Below, in pieces: positions 21,919 to 33,496 of a stretch of DNA of 64,000 nucleotides. The notes beneath the pieces are model-generated. The model did no database searches. It worked only from the letters and a program-made list of their open reading frames with translations, and had not been told where the DNA came from. The DNA lies in assembly GCA_017577485.2 (NCBI GenBank), contig PKRI02000006.1, positions 2,051 through 66,050 on the forward strand. The letters are read 5' to 3'. A program made the position numbers and the translations under genes. Source of the DNA: Bacillota bacterium. GTDB taxonomy: Bacteria; Bacillota; Sulfobacillia; Thermaerobacterales; RSA17. Position 1 is the stretch's first letter. Each line of letters begins with the position of its first letter.

Positions 21919-23376
21919 GTGGGCGGCACCCGGCAGTTCCCGCTGGAGCGCGTCGACGGGTTTCGCTGGCGCATTCCCCGGGAGAGCCGGCCGGGCATGC
22001 GGGTCGACGGCCTGGTCTACGCCGACGACCTTCTGATCCGGGACATCCAGGCCGACCAGGCCCTGGAGCAGGTGGCCAACGTGGCCCACCTGCCCGGCAT
22101 CCTGGGCCTGTCCCTGGCCATGCCCGACATCCACTGGGGCTACGGCTTTCCCGTGGGCGGCGTGGCCGCCGTGGACCCCGACGAGGGCGTCATCTCGCCT
22201 GGCGGCATCGGCTTCGACTGCAACTGCGGCGTGCGCGTCATCGCCGCTGACCTCTCGGAAGAAGAACTGCGCCCGCGCCTGGACCGGCTGATGGATGCCC
22301 TGGCCCGGGCGGTGCCCACCGGCGTGGGTTCCCACGGTCGCCTGCGCCTCGGCCCGGGCGACCTGGAGCGGGTGCTGACCGGCGGCATGCGCTGGGCTGT
22401 GGAGGCCGGCTACGGCCGTCCCGAGGACCTGGAGCGGGCCGAGGAGGGCGGCTGCATGGCCGGCGCCGATCCCGCCTGCGTCAGCCAGCGGGCCCGGGAG
22501 CGCGGCCGGGACCAGTTGGGCACCCTGGGCTCGGGCAACCACTTCATTGAGGTGGGCGTGGTGCGCCGGGTCTACGATCCGGAACTGGCCGGGGCCTTCG
22601 GCCTTCGGGAAGGTCAGGTCACGGTCATGATCCACTCGGGCTCCAGGGGCCTGGGCCACCAGGTGGCCACCGATTACGTCCGGCTGGCCGACGCCGAGGC
22701 CCGGCGCCTGGGCATCGACCTGCCCGACCGGCAGCTGGCGTGCGCGCCGGTCCGCTCCCGGGTGGGCCAGGACTACCTGGCGGCCCTGGCGGCGGCGTCC
22801 AACTTCGCCTGGGCCAACCGGCAGTGCATGACCCACTGGGTGCGGGAGACCTTCGCCCGGGTTTTCGGCGTGTCTGACCGGGACCTGGGGCTGGACCTGG
22901 TCTACGACCACGCCCACAACATCGCCAAGTGGGAGCACGTGTACGTGGGGGGCCGGCAGCGGCGGGCGCTGGTCCACCGCAAGGGCGCCTGCCGGGCCTT
23001 CCCCGCCGGCCACCAGCAGCTGCCGCCGCGCTTCCGCCCCTACGGGCAGCCGGTGTTCGTGCCCGGCGATATGGGCCGCGCTTCCTACGTGATGGTGGGC
23101 ACCCAGCGCGCCCTGGAGGAAACTTTCGGTTCCATCTGCCACGGCGCGGGCCGGCGCTTGAGCCGGTCGGCGGCCAAGCGGCAGATCCGCGGCGCCGACC
23201 TGCGGCGGTCCCTGGCGCAGCGGGGCATCGCCGTCCGCGGCGCCGGCGACGCCGCCCTGGCCGAAGAGGCTCCCGACGCCTACAAGGACGTGACCCAGGT
23301 GGTGGACGTGGTGGAGCGGGCCGGCCTGGCCCGCAGGGTGGCCCGCCTGGAGCCCCTGGGGGTCCTGAAAGGTTGA
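21919..23376 (+). CDS. rtcB: RNA-splicing ligase RtcB (3'-phosphate/5'-hydroxyl RNA ligase)
   Basis: 485 aa. ALEQVANVAHLPGI, MPDIHWGYGFPVGGVAA, GFDCNCGVR, GSGNHFIEV, HSGSRGLGHQV, HNIAKWE, SICHGAGR. Confidence 0.94.
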   Translation: MGGTRQFPLERVDGFRWRIPRESRPGMRVDGLVYADDLLIRDIQADQALEQVANVAHLPGILGLSLAMPDIHWGYGFPVGGVAAVDPDEGVISPGGIGFDCNCGVRVIAADLSEEELRPRLDRLMDALARAVPTGVGSHGRLRLGPGDLERVLTGGMRWAVEAGYGRPEDLERAEEGGCMAGADPACVSQRARERGRDQLGTLGSGNHFIEVGVVRRVYDPELAGAFGLREGQVTVMIHSGSRGLGHQVATDYVRLADAEARRLGIDLPDRQLACAPVRSRVGQDYLAALAAASNFAWANRQCMTHWVRETFARVFGVSDRDLGLDLVYDHAHNIAKWEHVYVGGRQRRALVHRKGACRAFPAGHQQLPPRFRPYGQPVFVPGDMGRASYVMVGTQRALEETFGSICHGAGRRLSRSAAKRQIRGADLRRSLAQRGIAVRGAGDAALAEEAPDAYKDVTQVVDVVERAGLARRVARLEPLGVLKG

Positions 23377-23383
23377 CGCCGCC

Positions 23384-24393
23384 GTGTCGCTGAAAGCCGG
23401 CAAGCTTCCGCCGGACCTGCTGCGGCGGCAGGTGCTGTCGCGCCGGGGCCGGCGGCGGCCCGAGGTGATCGTGCCCGCCGCCCTGGGCGAGGACTCCACG
23501 GTGCTGGACCTGGGCGGCGACCTGTGCGTTGCCTCGGTGGACCCCATCACCGGCGCCGGCAGCGACATCGGCTGGCTGGCGGTGCACGTGTCCTGCAACG
23601 ACGTGGCGGCCCACGGCGCCAGGCCGGTGGCGGTGCTGCTGGCGGTGATGGTGCCCGAGGGCTCGGGCCTCGACGTAGTGGAAGCCATCATGGAGGGGGC
23701 CCAGCGCGCCGCCGCCGAAGTCGGCATCGAGATCGCCGGCGGCCATACCGAGGTCACGCCGGGGCTGCCTCAACCGCTGGTGACCGCCACGGTCATCGGC
23801 CGGGCGCCCCGGGACCGGGTGATCCGCAGCGCCGGCATGCGGCCCGGCGACCGCATCTGGATGTCGAAGACGGCCGGCCTGGAGGGGACGGCCATCCTGG
23901 CCGCCGATCTGGAGGCGGTGCTGCGCGGCCGCCTGGAGCCGGCGGTGCTGGAGCAGGCACGGGCGCTGGGCAGCGCCATCAGCGTGGTCCCCGAGGCCCT
24001 GGCGGCGGCCGCCGCCGGCGCCTCGGCCATGCACGACGTCACCGAGGGCGGGGTGCTGGGCGCCCTGTGGGAGATGGCCGCCGCCGCCGGCGTGGGGCTG
24101 GAGGTGGACGCGGGCGCCATCCCCGTGGCCCCGGCCACGGCCGCCCTCTGCGGGGTTCTGGGGGCGGACCCGCTGCGGCTGATCTCCAGCGGCGTGCTGC
24201 TGGCGGCCGCCCCGGAGGGCGTGGACCTGGCGGCGGCGGGCCGGGAGGCAGGGACGATGTTCACGCCGGTGGCCCGGGCGCTGCCGGCCGGCGACGGCTG
24301 CTGGGTGCTGGAGGGCAGCCGGCGCCGGCCCCTGGACCCGCCCGACAGCGACGAACTTTGGCGGGTCAAAGCCCGTTTCGGGGAGGTCCCTTC

Positions 24394-24397
<4 letters not shown>
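23384..24397 (+). CDS. PurM/HypE-superfamily (AIR synthase-related) ATP-binding protein, function unknown
   Basis: 337 aa. GKLPPDLLRRQVL.., GEDSTVLDLGGDLCVASVDPITG, WLAVHVSCNDVAAHGARPVAVLLAVMVP, GIEIAGGHTEV, MHDVTEGGVLGALWEMA. These show the AIRS N and C domain signatures. Confidence 0.75.
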
Positions 24398-26785
<2,388 letters not shown>

Positions 26786-26854
26786 GGCCGGAGCGGGCGC
26801 GCCGGCCTGGCGGCTCGCCGGTCACAGCCTGAGGCGCACCGAGCCGGGCCGCCG

Positions 26855-26863
26855 TGCTAAAAT
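26855..26863 (+). promoter_or_regulatory. Extended -10 promoter (TGCTAAAAT) for tRNA-Ser(UGA)
   Basis: AT-rich island 13 nt upstream of the mature tRNA 5' end. Confidence 0.5.
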
Positions 26864-26875
26864 GATGTTCCACCT

Positions 26876-26962
26876 GGAGAGGTGGCCGAGTGGCTGAAGG
26901 CAGCGGTCTTGAAAACCGCAACGGGTGCATGCCCGTCGTGGGTTCGAATCCCACCCTCTCCG
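26876..26962 (+). tRNA. tRNA-Ser (anticodon UGA)
   Basis: Hand-folded. Acceptor GGAGAGG/CCTCTCC, anticodon arm GCGGT-CTTGAAA-ACCGC, long variable arm, T-arm GTGGG-TTCGAAT-CCCAC, discriminator G. No encoded CCA. Confidence 0.9.
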
Positions 26963-26983
26963 CAGGAATGGTAGGTGTCGGAC

Positions 26984-27646
26984 ATGCCCCTACACGGCTT
27001 CCACCGGGCGCTGGTCCTGCCGGTGATTCTGGTCCTGACCCTGGCGATGGCCGCGTGCGGCGGCTCCGGCGGCGATGACGGCGCCGCGGGAACCGACCCG
27101 GCGGCCCAGAGCCCGGCCGCATCGCCGCCCGGGGGCGAGACTCCTGATGACGGCGGAGGGCCCGAGCCGGATGAGGGCGCGGGCGACGATCCCGCCGGCC
27201 CACCCGCCGGGGCTGAGCCCAACCGCTTCGATGTGGAGCAGGCCCAGGTGGGCGATCAGGTGGTGGGCATGCGCATCGAAGCCCTCAGCGCCTACGGTGA
27301 GCCCAATCAGCCTCCGGACGCCCGGTTCCCCAGCATCACCGTGCGGTTCTCGGGGCAGGTCACGCTGACCGGCCGATTCGAGCACTTCCCGCCTGAGGAC
27401 GAGTTCTTCCCCCAGGTGGTCTGCTTCTTCCCCGACGAGGACAGTGCACGGCGCCTGCCCGTGGTGGAGACCGACCAGCGCACCGTCTGGTTCTGCTTTG
27501 ACAACGTCGAGGAGGCCCGGCAGGTCTTCGGCGGGCCCGGCACGGGCACGGCCACGGTGACCATCGACTCGTACACGATCAATTCCTATCCCAGCGAGGT
27601 CGTCAACACGGCGATCCTGCTGGAGGCCATCGATATCCGGCGCTGA
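26984..27646 (+). CDS. Hypothetical lipoprotein
   Basis: ORF track 26975..27646; ATG 26984 preferred. Signal and lipobox LVLPVILVLTLAMAAC, Gly/Asp/Pro-rich linker, then a ~140-aa domain I do not recognise. Confidence 0.6.
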   Translation: MPLHGFHRALVLPVILVLTLAMAACGGSGGDDGAAGTDPAAQSPAASPPGGETPDDGGGPEPDEGAGDDPAGPPAGAEPNRFDVEQAQVGDQVVGMRIEALSAYGEPNQPPDARFPSITVRFSGQVTLTGRFEHFPPEDEFFPQVVCFFPDEDSARRLPVVETDQRTVWFCFDNVEEARQVFGGPGTGTATVTIDSYTINSYPSEVVNTAILLEAIDIRR

Positions 27647-27655
27647 CGGCCGGTG

Positions 27656-28342
27656 CTAACGGGGCACCAGGTACCCGCCGTCGTCCCACAGCCATTCGTT
27701 GAGGAAGCCCTCCAGGACCGGCCCCAGCGCCTCGGCGTCCACCCAGGCGAAGTGCTGCCGCATCAGCAGGTAGCGGCCGCCGTGTTCCACGAGGAAGTAG
27801 ACGTCGGCGACATCGCCGTGGTCGGCGGTGACGGTGTCCACGGCCCACGGCCGCACCGGCACGCCGGGCTGCACCCAGCCGCCGGGGGCGTCGGCCGCCG
27901 CGCTCAGGGCGGCCCGTGCTTCTTCCTGGCCGGTCCCGGCGGGCAGGGCCGTCACTTCGATGAAGGTGGAGCGGCCGGGATGCGGGTCGCTGGCGCGGAT
28001 GCCGGGCGCCGGATCATCGAAAAACTCCACCCGGTACTCCTCGAAGACGTAAGTGGAAAAGCCCAGGTCCGGTACCCGCACCAGGACGAAGGGCAGCGTG
28101 ACCTCCACCTGCTCGGCGTGGACCGCAAGATCGGCGCGCTCCGGGCGGTCCGGCTCCTCGGGCGCCTCCGCGGCGCCGGGCTCCGGGGCGGGATCAGGGT
28201 CGGCGATGGCGCCGTGCTCCTCCTGTGCCGGCTCGGGGCCGCCGGGGCTGGTCGCGTTGGTGCCGCTGCAGGATGCCGCGAGCAGCGCCAGCACCAGTAA
28301 GAGGCCGGCGTAAGCGCGCTGGTTGATGATTTCCGCCTCCAA
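27656..28342 (-). CDS. Hypothetical lipoprotein
   Basis: 228 aa. Lipobox LLLVLALLAASC, acidic Pro/Glu-rich linker, then a C-terminal domain of unknown family. Convergent with the previous gene (9-nt gap). Confidence 0.55.
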   Translation of the reverse strand: MEAEIINQRAYAGLLLVLALLAASCSGTNATSPGGPEPAQEEHGAIADPDPAPEPGAAEAPEEPDRPERADLAVHAEQVEVTLPFVLVRVPDLGFSTYVFEEYRVEFFDDPAPGIRASDPHPGRSTFIEVTALPAGTGQEEARAALSAAADAPGGWVQPGVPVRPWAVDTVTADHGDVADVYFLVEHGGRYLLMRQHFAWVDAEALGPVLEGFLNEWLWDDGGYLVPR

Positions 28343-28391
28343 GAACTTGCCGAGATATACTGGGTCTGACGCGGCGCGACGCCGTAAGGTT

Positions 28392-28649
28392 TCACCGTGT
28401 CCCCAGTATGATCAGGAGTACTCCGGCCAGGATCATCAGCAGCCTGTGGAGCGGCAGGTGGCCGGCCAGTCCCGCCAGGCCCAGCGATGTCACCGCCAGC
28501 AGGATGAACGGGCCCACCAGTCCCAGGACGCCGTTGATGCGCAGGGCGGTGTCCACGCGGTTGTAACGGGCCATGAGCACCGCCGCAGTCAGTTCCACGG
28601 CGGCCGACAGCAGCCGCACCAGCACCATGCCCGCTACGAACGGGTTCAC
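28392..28649 (-). CDS. Small membrane protein, YqhV/DUF2619-like
   Basis: 85 aa, three hydrophobic helices. LLSAAVELTAAVLMARYNRVDTALRINGVLGLVGPFILL resembles YqhV-type proteins (from memory). Confidence 0.55.
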   Translation of the reverse strand: MNPFVAGMVLVRLLSAAVELTAAVLMARYNRVDTALRINGVLGLVGPFILLAVTSLGLAGLAGHLPLHRLLMILAGVLLIILGTR

Positions 28650-28779
28650 CGCTGCCGACCCTCCCGCCGCTGTGCCAGGATTACGCGGGGCCGGCGCCGG
28701 GCATGTGGGTCCAGGCGACGGCCGGCGGCTGGGGCGCCGGCGCTGCGGCGCCGGGAGAGGGTCGCGGCCGGGCGCGCGG

Positions 28780-28809
28780 TTGACGCTCTCGACGGCGGTT
28801 TGCTAAACT
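28780..28809 (+). promoter_or_regulatory. Promoter for tRNA-Ser(GCU)/tRNA-Arg(ACG): TTGACG-18-TAAACT with TG extension
   Basis: TTGACG 28780-28785, TGCTAAACT 28801-28809. About 38 nt upstream of the tRNA. Confidence 0.55.
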
Positions 28810-28846
28810 CGGGGTGCGCCGGGCCGCGCCCGGCGGTTTCTTGCTT

Positions 28847-28938
<92 letters not shown>

Positions 28939-28973
28939 CACCGACCCCGGCAGTTGCCCGAGCCGGGGTCCGC

Positions 28974-28982
28974 TGCTATAAT
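28974..28982 (+). promoter_or_regulatory. Extended -10 element (TGCTATAAT) upstream of tRNA-Arg(ACG)
   Basis: Perfect TATAAT with TGn extension, 22 nt before the tRNA 5' end. Confidence 0.5.
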
Positions 28983-29003
28983 GATCAGCGCTTTGACCGG
29001 CGT

Positions 29004-29078
29004 GCGCCCTTAGCTCAGTCTGGATAGAGCGGCTGACTACGGATCAGCAGGTCGGGGGTTCGAATCCTCCAGGGCGCA
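29004..29078 (+). tRNA. tRNA-Arg (anticodon ACG)
   Basis: Acceptor GCGCCCT/AGGGCGC, D-arm GCTC..GAGC, anticodon arm GCTGA-CTACGGA-TCAGC, T-arm GGGGG-TTCGAAT-CCTCC, discriminator A. 75 nt, no CCA. Confidence 0.92.
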
Positions 29079-29093
29079 CATCCTTCTCCGATG

Positions 29094-29121
29094 CCCCGCG
29101 AGCCATCGCGGGGCGTTTTTT
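29094..29121 (+). terminator. Rho-independent terminator after the tRNA-Ser/tRNA-Arg pair
   Basis: CCCCGCGA-GCCA-TCGCGGGG hairpin, followed by CG then TTTTTT. Confidence 0.8.
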
Positions 29122-29204
29122 CTGCGCCGGCGCCGCGCCCGTCCCGGCTGCCTCACCGTGCGGCCGCCGGCGCCGTTCCAGGTGGCGCCCGCCTGCCCAC
29201 CCGC

Positions 29205-29240
29205 TGTCCATGATAATAGCGAATTATGCTATCTTACTGG
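29205..29240 (+). promoter_or_regulatory. AT-rich promoter/operator upstream of the mod regulator
   Basis: CATGATAATAGCGAATTATGCTATCTTACTG contains the inverted repeat ATAGC-N7-GCTAT (arms extend to 8/12 matches) and the extended -10 TGCTATCTT at 29227-29235. Confidence 0.5.
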
Positions 29241-29283
29241 CGCGAGGCCTCGACAGCGTGCGGCGGCATGGGAGGGCTGCGGC

Positions 29284-30471
29284 GTGGGCGCGGGATCCAG
29301 GCTGGAAACCTCACTCCGGGCGGCGCGCCTGGCGGCGGGTTTGTCGCAGGCCGAACTGGCAGCCCGGGCGGGCATCAGCCGGCAGGCGGTGAGCGCCGTG
29401 GAGACGGGCCGCATGTCGCCCACCATCGAGGTGGCGCTGCGCCTGGCCCGGGCGCTGGGACGTCCGGTGGATTCGCTGTTCCGCCTGGCGGAGGATACGC
29501 CGCTGGTGCCCGATGTGGTGGTGGGCGCCGGCACGCAGGACGAAAACGAAGCCGGGCTGGAGCGCCCGGACGCACCCGGGGCCGACCCGGTGCGGGTGCA
29601 GGTGGCGCGCGTCGGCGGCAGGACCGTGGCCCGGGCGCTGTCGGGCCGCAGCGCAGTGCTGCCGGCCGTGCCGTGGTCCAACGGCCTGCTGCGGCGCACG
29701 GCCCCCGGCGCGGGGCGCGCCGCCCCGGCGCTGCGGGTGGACCTGTTCGCCGAACCCGACCAGTTGGACCGCACCCTGCTGCTCAGCGGCTGCGACCCGG
29801 CCATTGCCCTGCTGGCCGAACACTTCCACCGGCGCTGCCCCGGCTTCCACCTGGCGTGGTGGAACGCCAACAGCACCGCCGCGCTCCAGGCCGTAGGCCG
29901 AGGCGAGGCCCACATCGCCGGCAGCCACCTGGCCGATGCCGACGGCGCCGGTTTCAACCGGGAGGCGGCGCGCCGGCACATCGGGCGGGACGTGCTGCTG
30001 GCGGCCTTTGCCGACTGGGAGCAGGGCATCGCCGTGGCGCCCGGCAATCCCCTGGGGATCCGCGGCCTGGCCGACCTGGCGCGGGGCGACGTGCGGCTCA
30101 TCAACCGGGAACCCGGCAGCGGCGCCCGCCGCCTGCTGGACGAGGGCCTGGCCCGCGCCGGCGTGGCGCCCCAAACCGTGCCCGGGTACGACCGGGTGGT
30201 ACACGGGCACCTGGCGGCCGCCGAGGCGGTGGCGGCCGGCCTGGCCGACGCGGCCGTGACGGTCCACGGCGCCGCCCGGTGCTGGGGTCTGGACTTCATA
30301 CCCCTGGCCGTTGAGCGCTTCGACCTGGTGATCCCGGCGGCCTTCGCCGACCTGCCGGCGGTCCAGGCTCTGCTGGAGGTGCTGGACAGCCGGCTGCTGC
30401 GGCGTGAGGTGGAAGCCCTGGGCGGGTATGACGTAAGCGCCATGGGGGAGATCACCCGTGTGGCTCCGTGA
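29284..30471 (+). CDS. XRE-family HTH transcriptional regulator fused to a molybdate-binding-like periplasmic-binding-protein domain (putative mod operon regulator)
   Basis: ORF track 29158..30471, trimmed to GTG 29284 (GGGAGGG 7 nt upstream). [51 protein letters not shown]. The C-terminal ~230 aa are PBP-like (LLLSGCDPAI.., IAGSHL.., LINREPGSGARRLLD). Overlaps modA. Confidence 0.75.
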   Translation: MGAGSRLETSLRAARLAAGLSQAELAARAGISRQAVSAVETGRMSPTIEVALRLARALGRPVDSLFRLAEDTPLVPDVVVGAGTQDENEAGLERPDAPGADPVRVQVARVGGRTVARALSGRSAVLPAVPWSNGLLRRTAPGAGRAAPALRVDLFAEPDQLDRTLLLSGCDPAIALLAEHFHRRCPGFHLAWWNANSTAALQAVGRGEAHIAGSHLADADGAGFNREAARRHIGRDVLLAAFADWEQGIAVAPGNPLGIRGLADLARGDVRLINREPGSGARRLLDEGLARAGVAPQTVPGYDRVVHGHLAAAEAVAAGLADAAVTVHGAARCWGLDFIPLAVERFDLVIPAAFADLPAVQALLEVLDSRLLRREVEALGGYDVSAMGEITRVAP

Positions 30472-31330
30472 ACGGCGGCGGGCCCACGAACGCCCGGCGC
30501 TGCCGGCGGCGCTGCTGCCGGCGGCGCTGTTGCTGGTGACGTGGCTGATGGGGGGCTGCGGTCCCGCCGCCGGCGCCGCGAAGCCCGAAGCCGGCGGCGC
30601 GGAAAGCAGCGTGGTGGTCTTTGCCGCGTCGTCCCTGACCGATGCCTTCCGGGAGATCGCCGCCCTCTACGAGGAGCGATACCCGGGAAGCCGCGTCCAG
30701 TACCAGTTCGGCGGCAGCTCGCAGCTCAGGCTCCAGTTGGAGCAGGGTGCGGAGGCCGACGTGTTCGTCCCGGCCAGCCTGGAGCAGATGGAACAGGCCA
30801 GGGCGGCCGGGCTGGTCCGCGATCCCGTGCAGATCTTCGCGCGCAACCGCCTGGTCATCATCGCTCCGGCCGGCAACCCGGCGGGCATCGTGTCGCTGGA
30901 GGACCTGGCCCGCCCGGGCGTGCGCCTGGTGACGGCCGCGCCGGAGGTGCCCATCGGCGCCTACACCCTGGAAATGCTGGACCGGGCCGACCAGGACGGA
31001 GCCTTCGGGGCCGGCTTCAAGGAGCGGGTGCTGGCCAACGTGGTGTCCCGGGAACTCAACGTGCGGCAGGTGGTGGCCAAGGTGCGCCTGGGCGAGGCCG
31101 ACGCCGCGGTGGTCTACGCCAGCGACGTGACGCCGGACGTGCGGCCACACGTGGGTGTGGTCGAAGTGCCCGGTGCGTACAACGTCACGGCCGCCTACCC
31201 CATCGCGGTCCTGAACCACGCGCCGAACCCGGCCGGCGCCCAGGACTTCGTGGACCTGGCGCTGGGTCCCGAGGGCCGGCGCGTCCTGGAGACGTGGGGT
31301 TTCCTGCCGGCGGCGGGCGGTGAACCATGA
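30458..31330 (+). CDS. modA: Molybdate ABC transporter substrate-binding lipoprotein
   Basis: 290 aa. Lipobox [65 protein letters not shown] is ModA-typical. Confidence 0.88.
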   Translation: MWLRERRRAHERPALPAALLPAALLLVTWLMGGCGPAAGAAKPEAGGAESSVVVFAASSLTDAFREIAALYEERYPGSRVQYQFGGSSQLRLQLEQGAEADVFVPASLEQMEQARAAGLVRDPVQIFARNRLVIIAPAGNPAGIVSLEDLARPGVRLVTAAPEVPIGAYTLEMLDRADQDGAFGAGFKERVLANVVSRELNVRQVVAKVRLGEADAAVVYASDVTPDVRPHVGVVEVPGAYNVTAAYPIAVLNHAPNPAGAQDFVDLALGPEGRRVLETWGFLPAAGGEP

Positions 31331-32181
31331 CCGGCCGCGGCATTGGGACCAGGGTGCCTGCCGTTTTCCGGGTCGGCCGGCCGCTGGGGCGGGGCCTGGC
31401 CGCGGCGGGTTGGGCCGCGGCGGCCGCGGGCTTCGCGCTGCTGCTGGGCCTGCCGGTGCTGGCCATCCTGGTGCGGTCAATGGCGGGCGGGTCGCTGCGG
31501 GCGGCGCTGGGCAGCCCGGTGGTGCTGCAGGCCCTCACGCTGACCGCCTGGACCAGCCTGGCCGCCACCGGCCTGGCGGTGCTGCTGGGCACGCCGGCCG
31601 CCTACCTGCTGGCCCGCCGGAAGTTTCCCGGTCAAGCGCTGCTGGACAGCCTCATCGAACTGCCGCTGATCCTGCCCCCTTCGGTGGCGGGCCTGGGCTT
31701 GTTGATGGCCTTTGGCCGCCGGGGCCTGTTGGGCGAGCCGCTGGCGGCCCTGGGCGTCAACCTGAGTTTCACCACGGCGGCGGTGATCCTGGCCCAGTTT
31801 TTCGTGGCGGCGCCCCTTTACGTGCGCGCGGCCCGGGCGGGCTTCCAGGCGGTGGACCCGGAACTGGAGACGGTGGCCCACACCCTGGGCGCCTCCCCGT
31901 GGCGCACCTTCCGCCGCGTCACCGTACCCCTGGCGCTGCCGGGCCTGCTCGGCGGCCTGGTCATGTGCTGGGCCCGGGCCCTGGGCGAGTTCGGGGCCAC
32001 GATCCTGTTCGCCGGCAGTTTCCCCGGACGCACCCAGACCATGGCCCTGGCCGTTTACGCGGCGCTGGAGCACGATGTGGACGCGGCGCTGGCGCTGGCG
32101 GCGGTGCTGCTCTTGGTGTCGCTGCTGGTGCTGGTGCTGCTCAGGTGGGGCACGGGGAGCCGGGGTGACGCCGGTGCTTGA
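31327..32181 (+). CDS. modB: Molybdate ABC transporter permease
   Basis: 284 aa. ATGA overlap with mod[32 protein letters not shown] and the EAA-loop region [21 protein letters not shown]. Confidence 0.88.
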   Translation: MTGRGIGTRVPAVFRVGRPLGRGLAAAGWAAAAAGFALLLGLPVLAILVRSMAGGSLRAALGSPVVLQALTLTAWTSLAATGLAVLLGTPAAYLLARRKFPGQALLDSLIELPLILPPSVAGLGLLMAFGRRGLLGEPLAALGVNLSFTTAAVILAQFFVAAPLYVRAARAGFQAVDPELETVAHTLGASPWRTFRRVTVPLALPGLLGGLVMCWARALGEFGATILFAGSFPGRTQTMALAVYAALEHDVDAALALAAVLLLVSLLVLVLLRWGTGSRGDAGA

Positions 32182-32836
32182 GGTGGCCGTCCACCGGCGC
32201 CTGCCGGGCTTCACCCTGGCCGTCCAGTTCGCCACCGCCGCCCGGCGCGTGGTGCTGGTGGGCCCGTCGGGCGCCGGCAAGACGCTGACGCTGCGGGCCA
32301 TCGCCGGCGCCTTCCGGCCCGATTCCGGCCGCATCGCCGTGGATGGGCACGTCTGGTACGACGGCGCGGCGGGCGTATGGGTGCCGCCCCAGGAGCGCTC
32401 CGTCGGCTACGTGCCCCAGAACTTCGCGCTGTTCCCGCACCTGGACGCGGCCGGCAACATCGCCTTCGGCCTGGAGCGGCCGCGGTCCGACGAGAGCCGC
32501 CGTCGCGTGGCGCAGATGATCGACCTGCTGCAGTTGAACGGGCTGGAACGCCGGCGCCCGGCGGAACTGTCGGGCGGGCAGCAGCAGCGGGTGGCCCTGG
32601 CGCGGGCCCTGGCCCGCCAGCCGCGGATCCTGCTCCTGGACGAGCCCTTCGCCGCCCTGGACGCGGGCCTGCGCCGCAGGCTGCGCCGGACGTTGCTGGA
32701 ACTCCAGGAGGCATTGGGTTTTCGCCTGCTGCTGGTGACCCATGATCTGGACGACGCGCGGGCCCTGGCGGAGGAAACGTTCCGCCTGGAAGCCGGCCGC
32801 GCCGCGTTTGTCGCTGCGGGCGGGCGCCTGATATAA
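32165..32836 (+). CDS. modC: Molybdate ABC transporter ATP-binding protein (short form, no C-terminal TOBE/Mop domain)
   Basis: In-frame part of ORF 32075..32836, starting at GTG 32165. Walker [12 protein letters not shown], signature [15 protein letters not shown], Walker [13 protein letters not shown]. 223 aa. Confidence 0.82.
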   Translation: MTPVLEVAVHRRLPGFTLAVQFATAARRVVLVGPSGAGKTLTLRAIAGAFRPDSGRIAVDGHVWYDGAAGVWVPPQERSVGYVPQNFALFPHLDAAGNIAFGLERPRSDESRRRVAQMIDLLQLNGLERRRPAELSGGQQQRVALARALARQPRILLLDEPFAALDAGLRRRLRRTLLELQEALGFRLLLVTHDLDDARALAEETFRLEAGRAAFVAAGGRLI

Positions 32837-32837
32837 T
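32829..32837 (+). promoter_or_regulatory. Extended -10 element (TGATATAAT) upstream of tRNA-Arg(CCU), overlapping the modC stop codon
   Basis: Perfect TATAAT with TGn extension, 14 nt before the tRNA 5' end. Confidence 0.5.
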
Positions 32838-32850
32838 AGGGTCCGCACTT

Positions 32851-32924
32851 GCGCCCGTAGCTCAGGTGGATAGAGCGAGGGTTTCCTAAACCCTGCGTCG
32901 GGGGTTCGAGTCCTCCCGGGCGCA
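32851..32924 (+). tRNA. tRNA-Arg (anticodon CCU)
   Basis: Acceptor GCGCCCG/CGGGCGC, anticodon arm AGGGT-TTCCTAA-ACCCT, T-arm GGGGG-TTCGAGT-CCTCC, discriminator A. 74 nt, no CCA. Confidence 0.9.
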
Positions 32925-32962
32925 CAGAGGCGGACGCGGCGGCGCGCCGGGCGGAGGTCCCG

Positions 32963-33457
32963 TTGAGTTCCACGGCGTTGCACCAGCGCTATATGGCCGA
33001 GGCCCTGGTCGAGGCCCGGTTTGCCGCCGGCAAGGGCGAGGTGCCGGTGGGCGCCGTCGTGGTCGCCGGCGGCGCCATCGTCGGTCGGGGCCACAACCTG
33101 CGGGAAACGACCAACGATCCCACCGCCCACGCCGAGATGCTGGCGCTGCGGGCTGCGGCCCGGCACCTGGGCACCTGGCGGCTGGAAGGCGCCGTCATGT
33201 ACGTGACCCTGGAGCCCTGCGCCATGTGCGCCGGCGCGCTGGTGCTGGCCCGGGTGGCGACCCTGGTCTACGGCGCCGACGACCCCAAGGCGGGTGCCTG
33301 CGGCTCGGTGCTCAACGTGGTCCAGCATCCCCGCCTCAACCACCGCCTGGAGGTGATCCGCGGCGTCGGCGCCGAGGAGGCGGCCGAGTTGCTGCGGTCC
33401 TTCTTCGCCGAGCTGCGGCGGCGCCCGGGCGGCAACGGGGTGCGCAGGGTTCCCTGA
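32963..33457 (+). CDS. tadA: tRNA-specific adenosine(34) deaminase TadA
   Basis: 164 aa. EVPVGAVVV.., HAEMLALR, LEPCAMCAGAL are CDA zinc motifs. Same position (before SRP RNA and dnaX) as B. subtilis tadA. Confidence 0.93.
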   Translation: MSSTALHQRYMAEALVEARFAAGKGEVPVGAVVVAGGAIVGRGHNLRETTNDPTAHAEMLALRAAARHLGTWRLEGAVMYVTLEPCAMCAGALVLARVATLVYGADDPKAGACGSVLNVVQHPRLNHRLEVIRGVGAEEAAELLRSFFAELRRRPGGNGVRRVP

Positions 33458-33496
33458 GGGGCCGCCATGGATTAGGCTTAGGTTGGCTCAGGTTTC

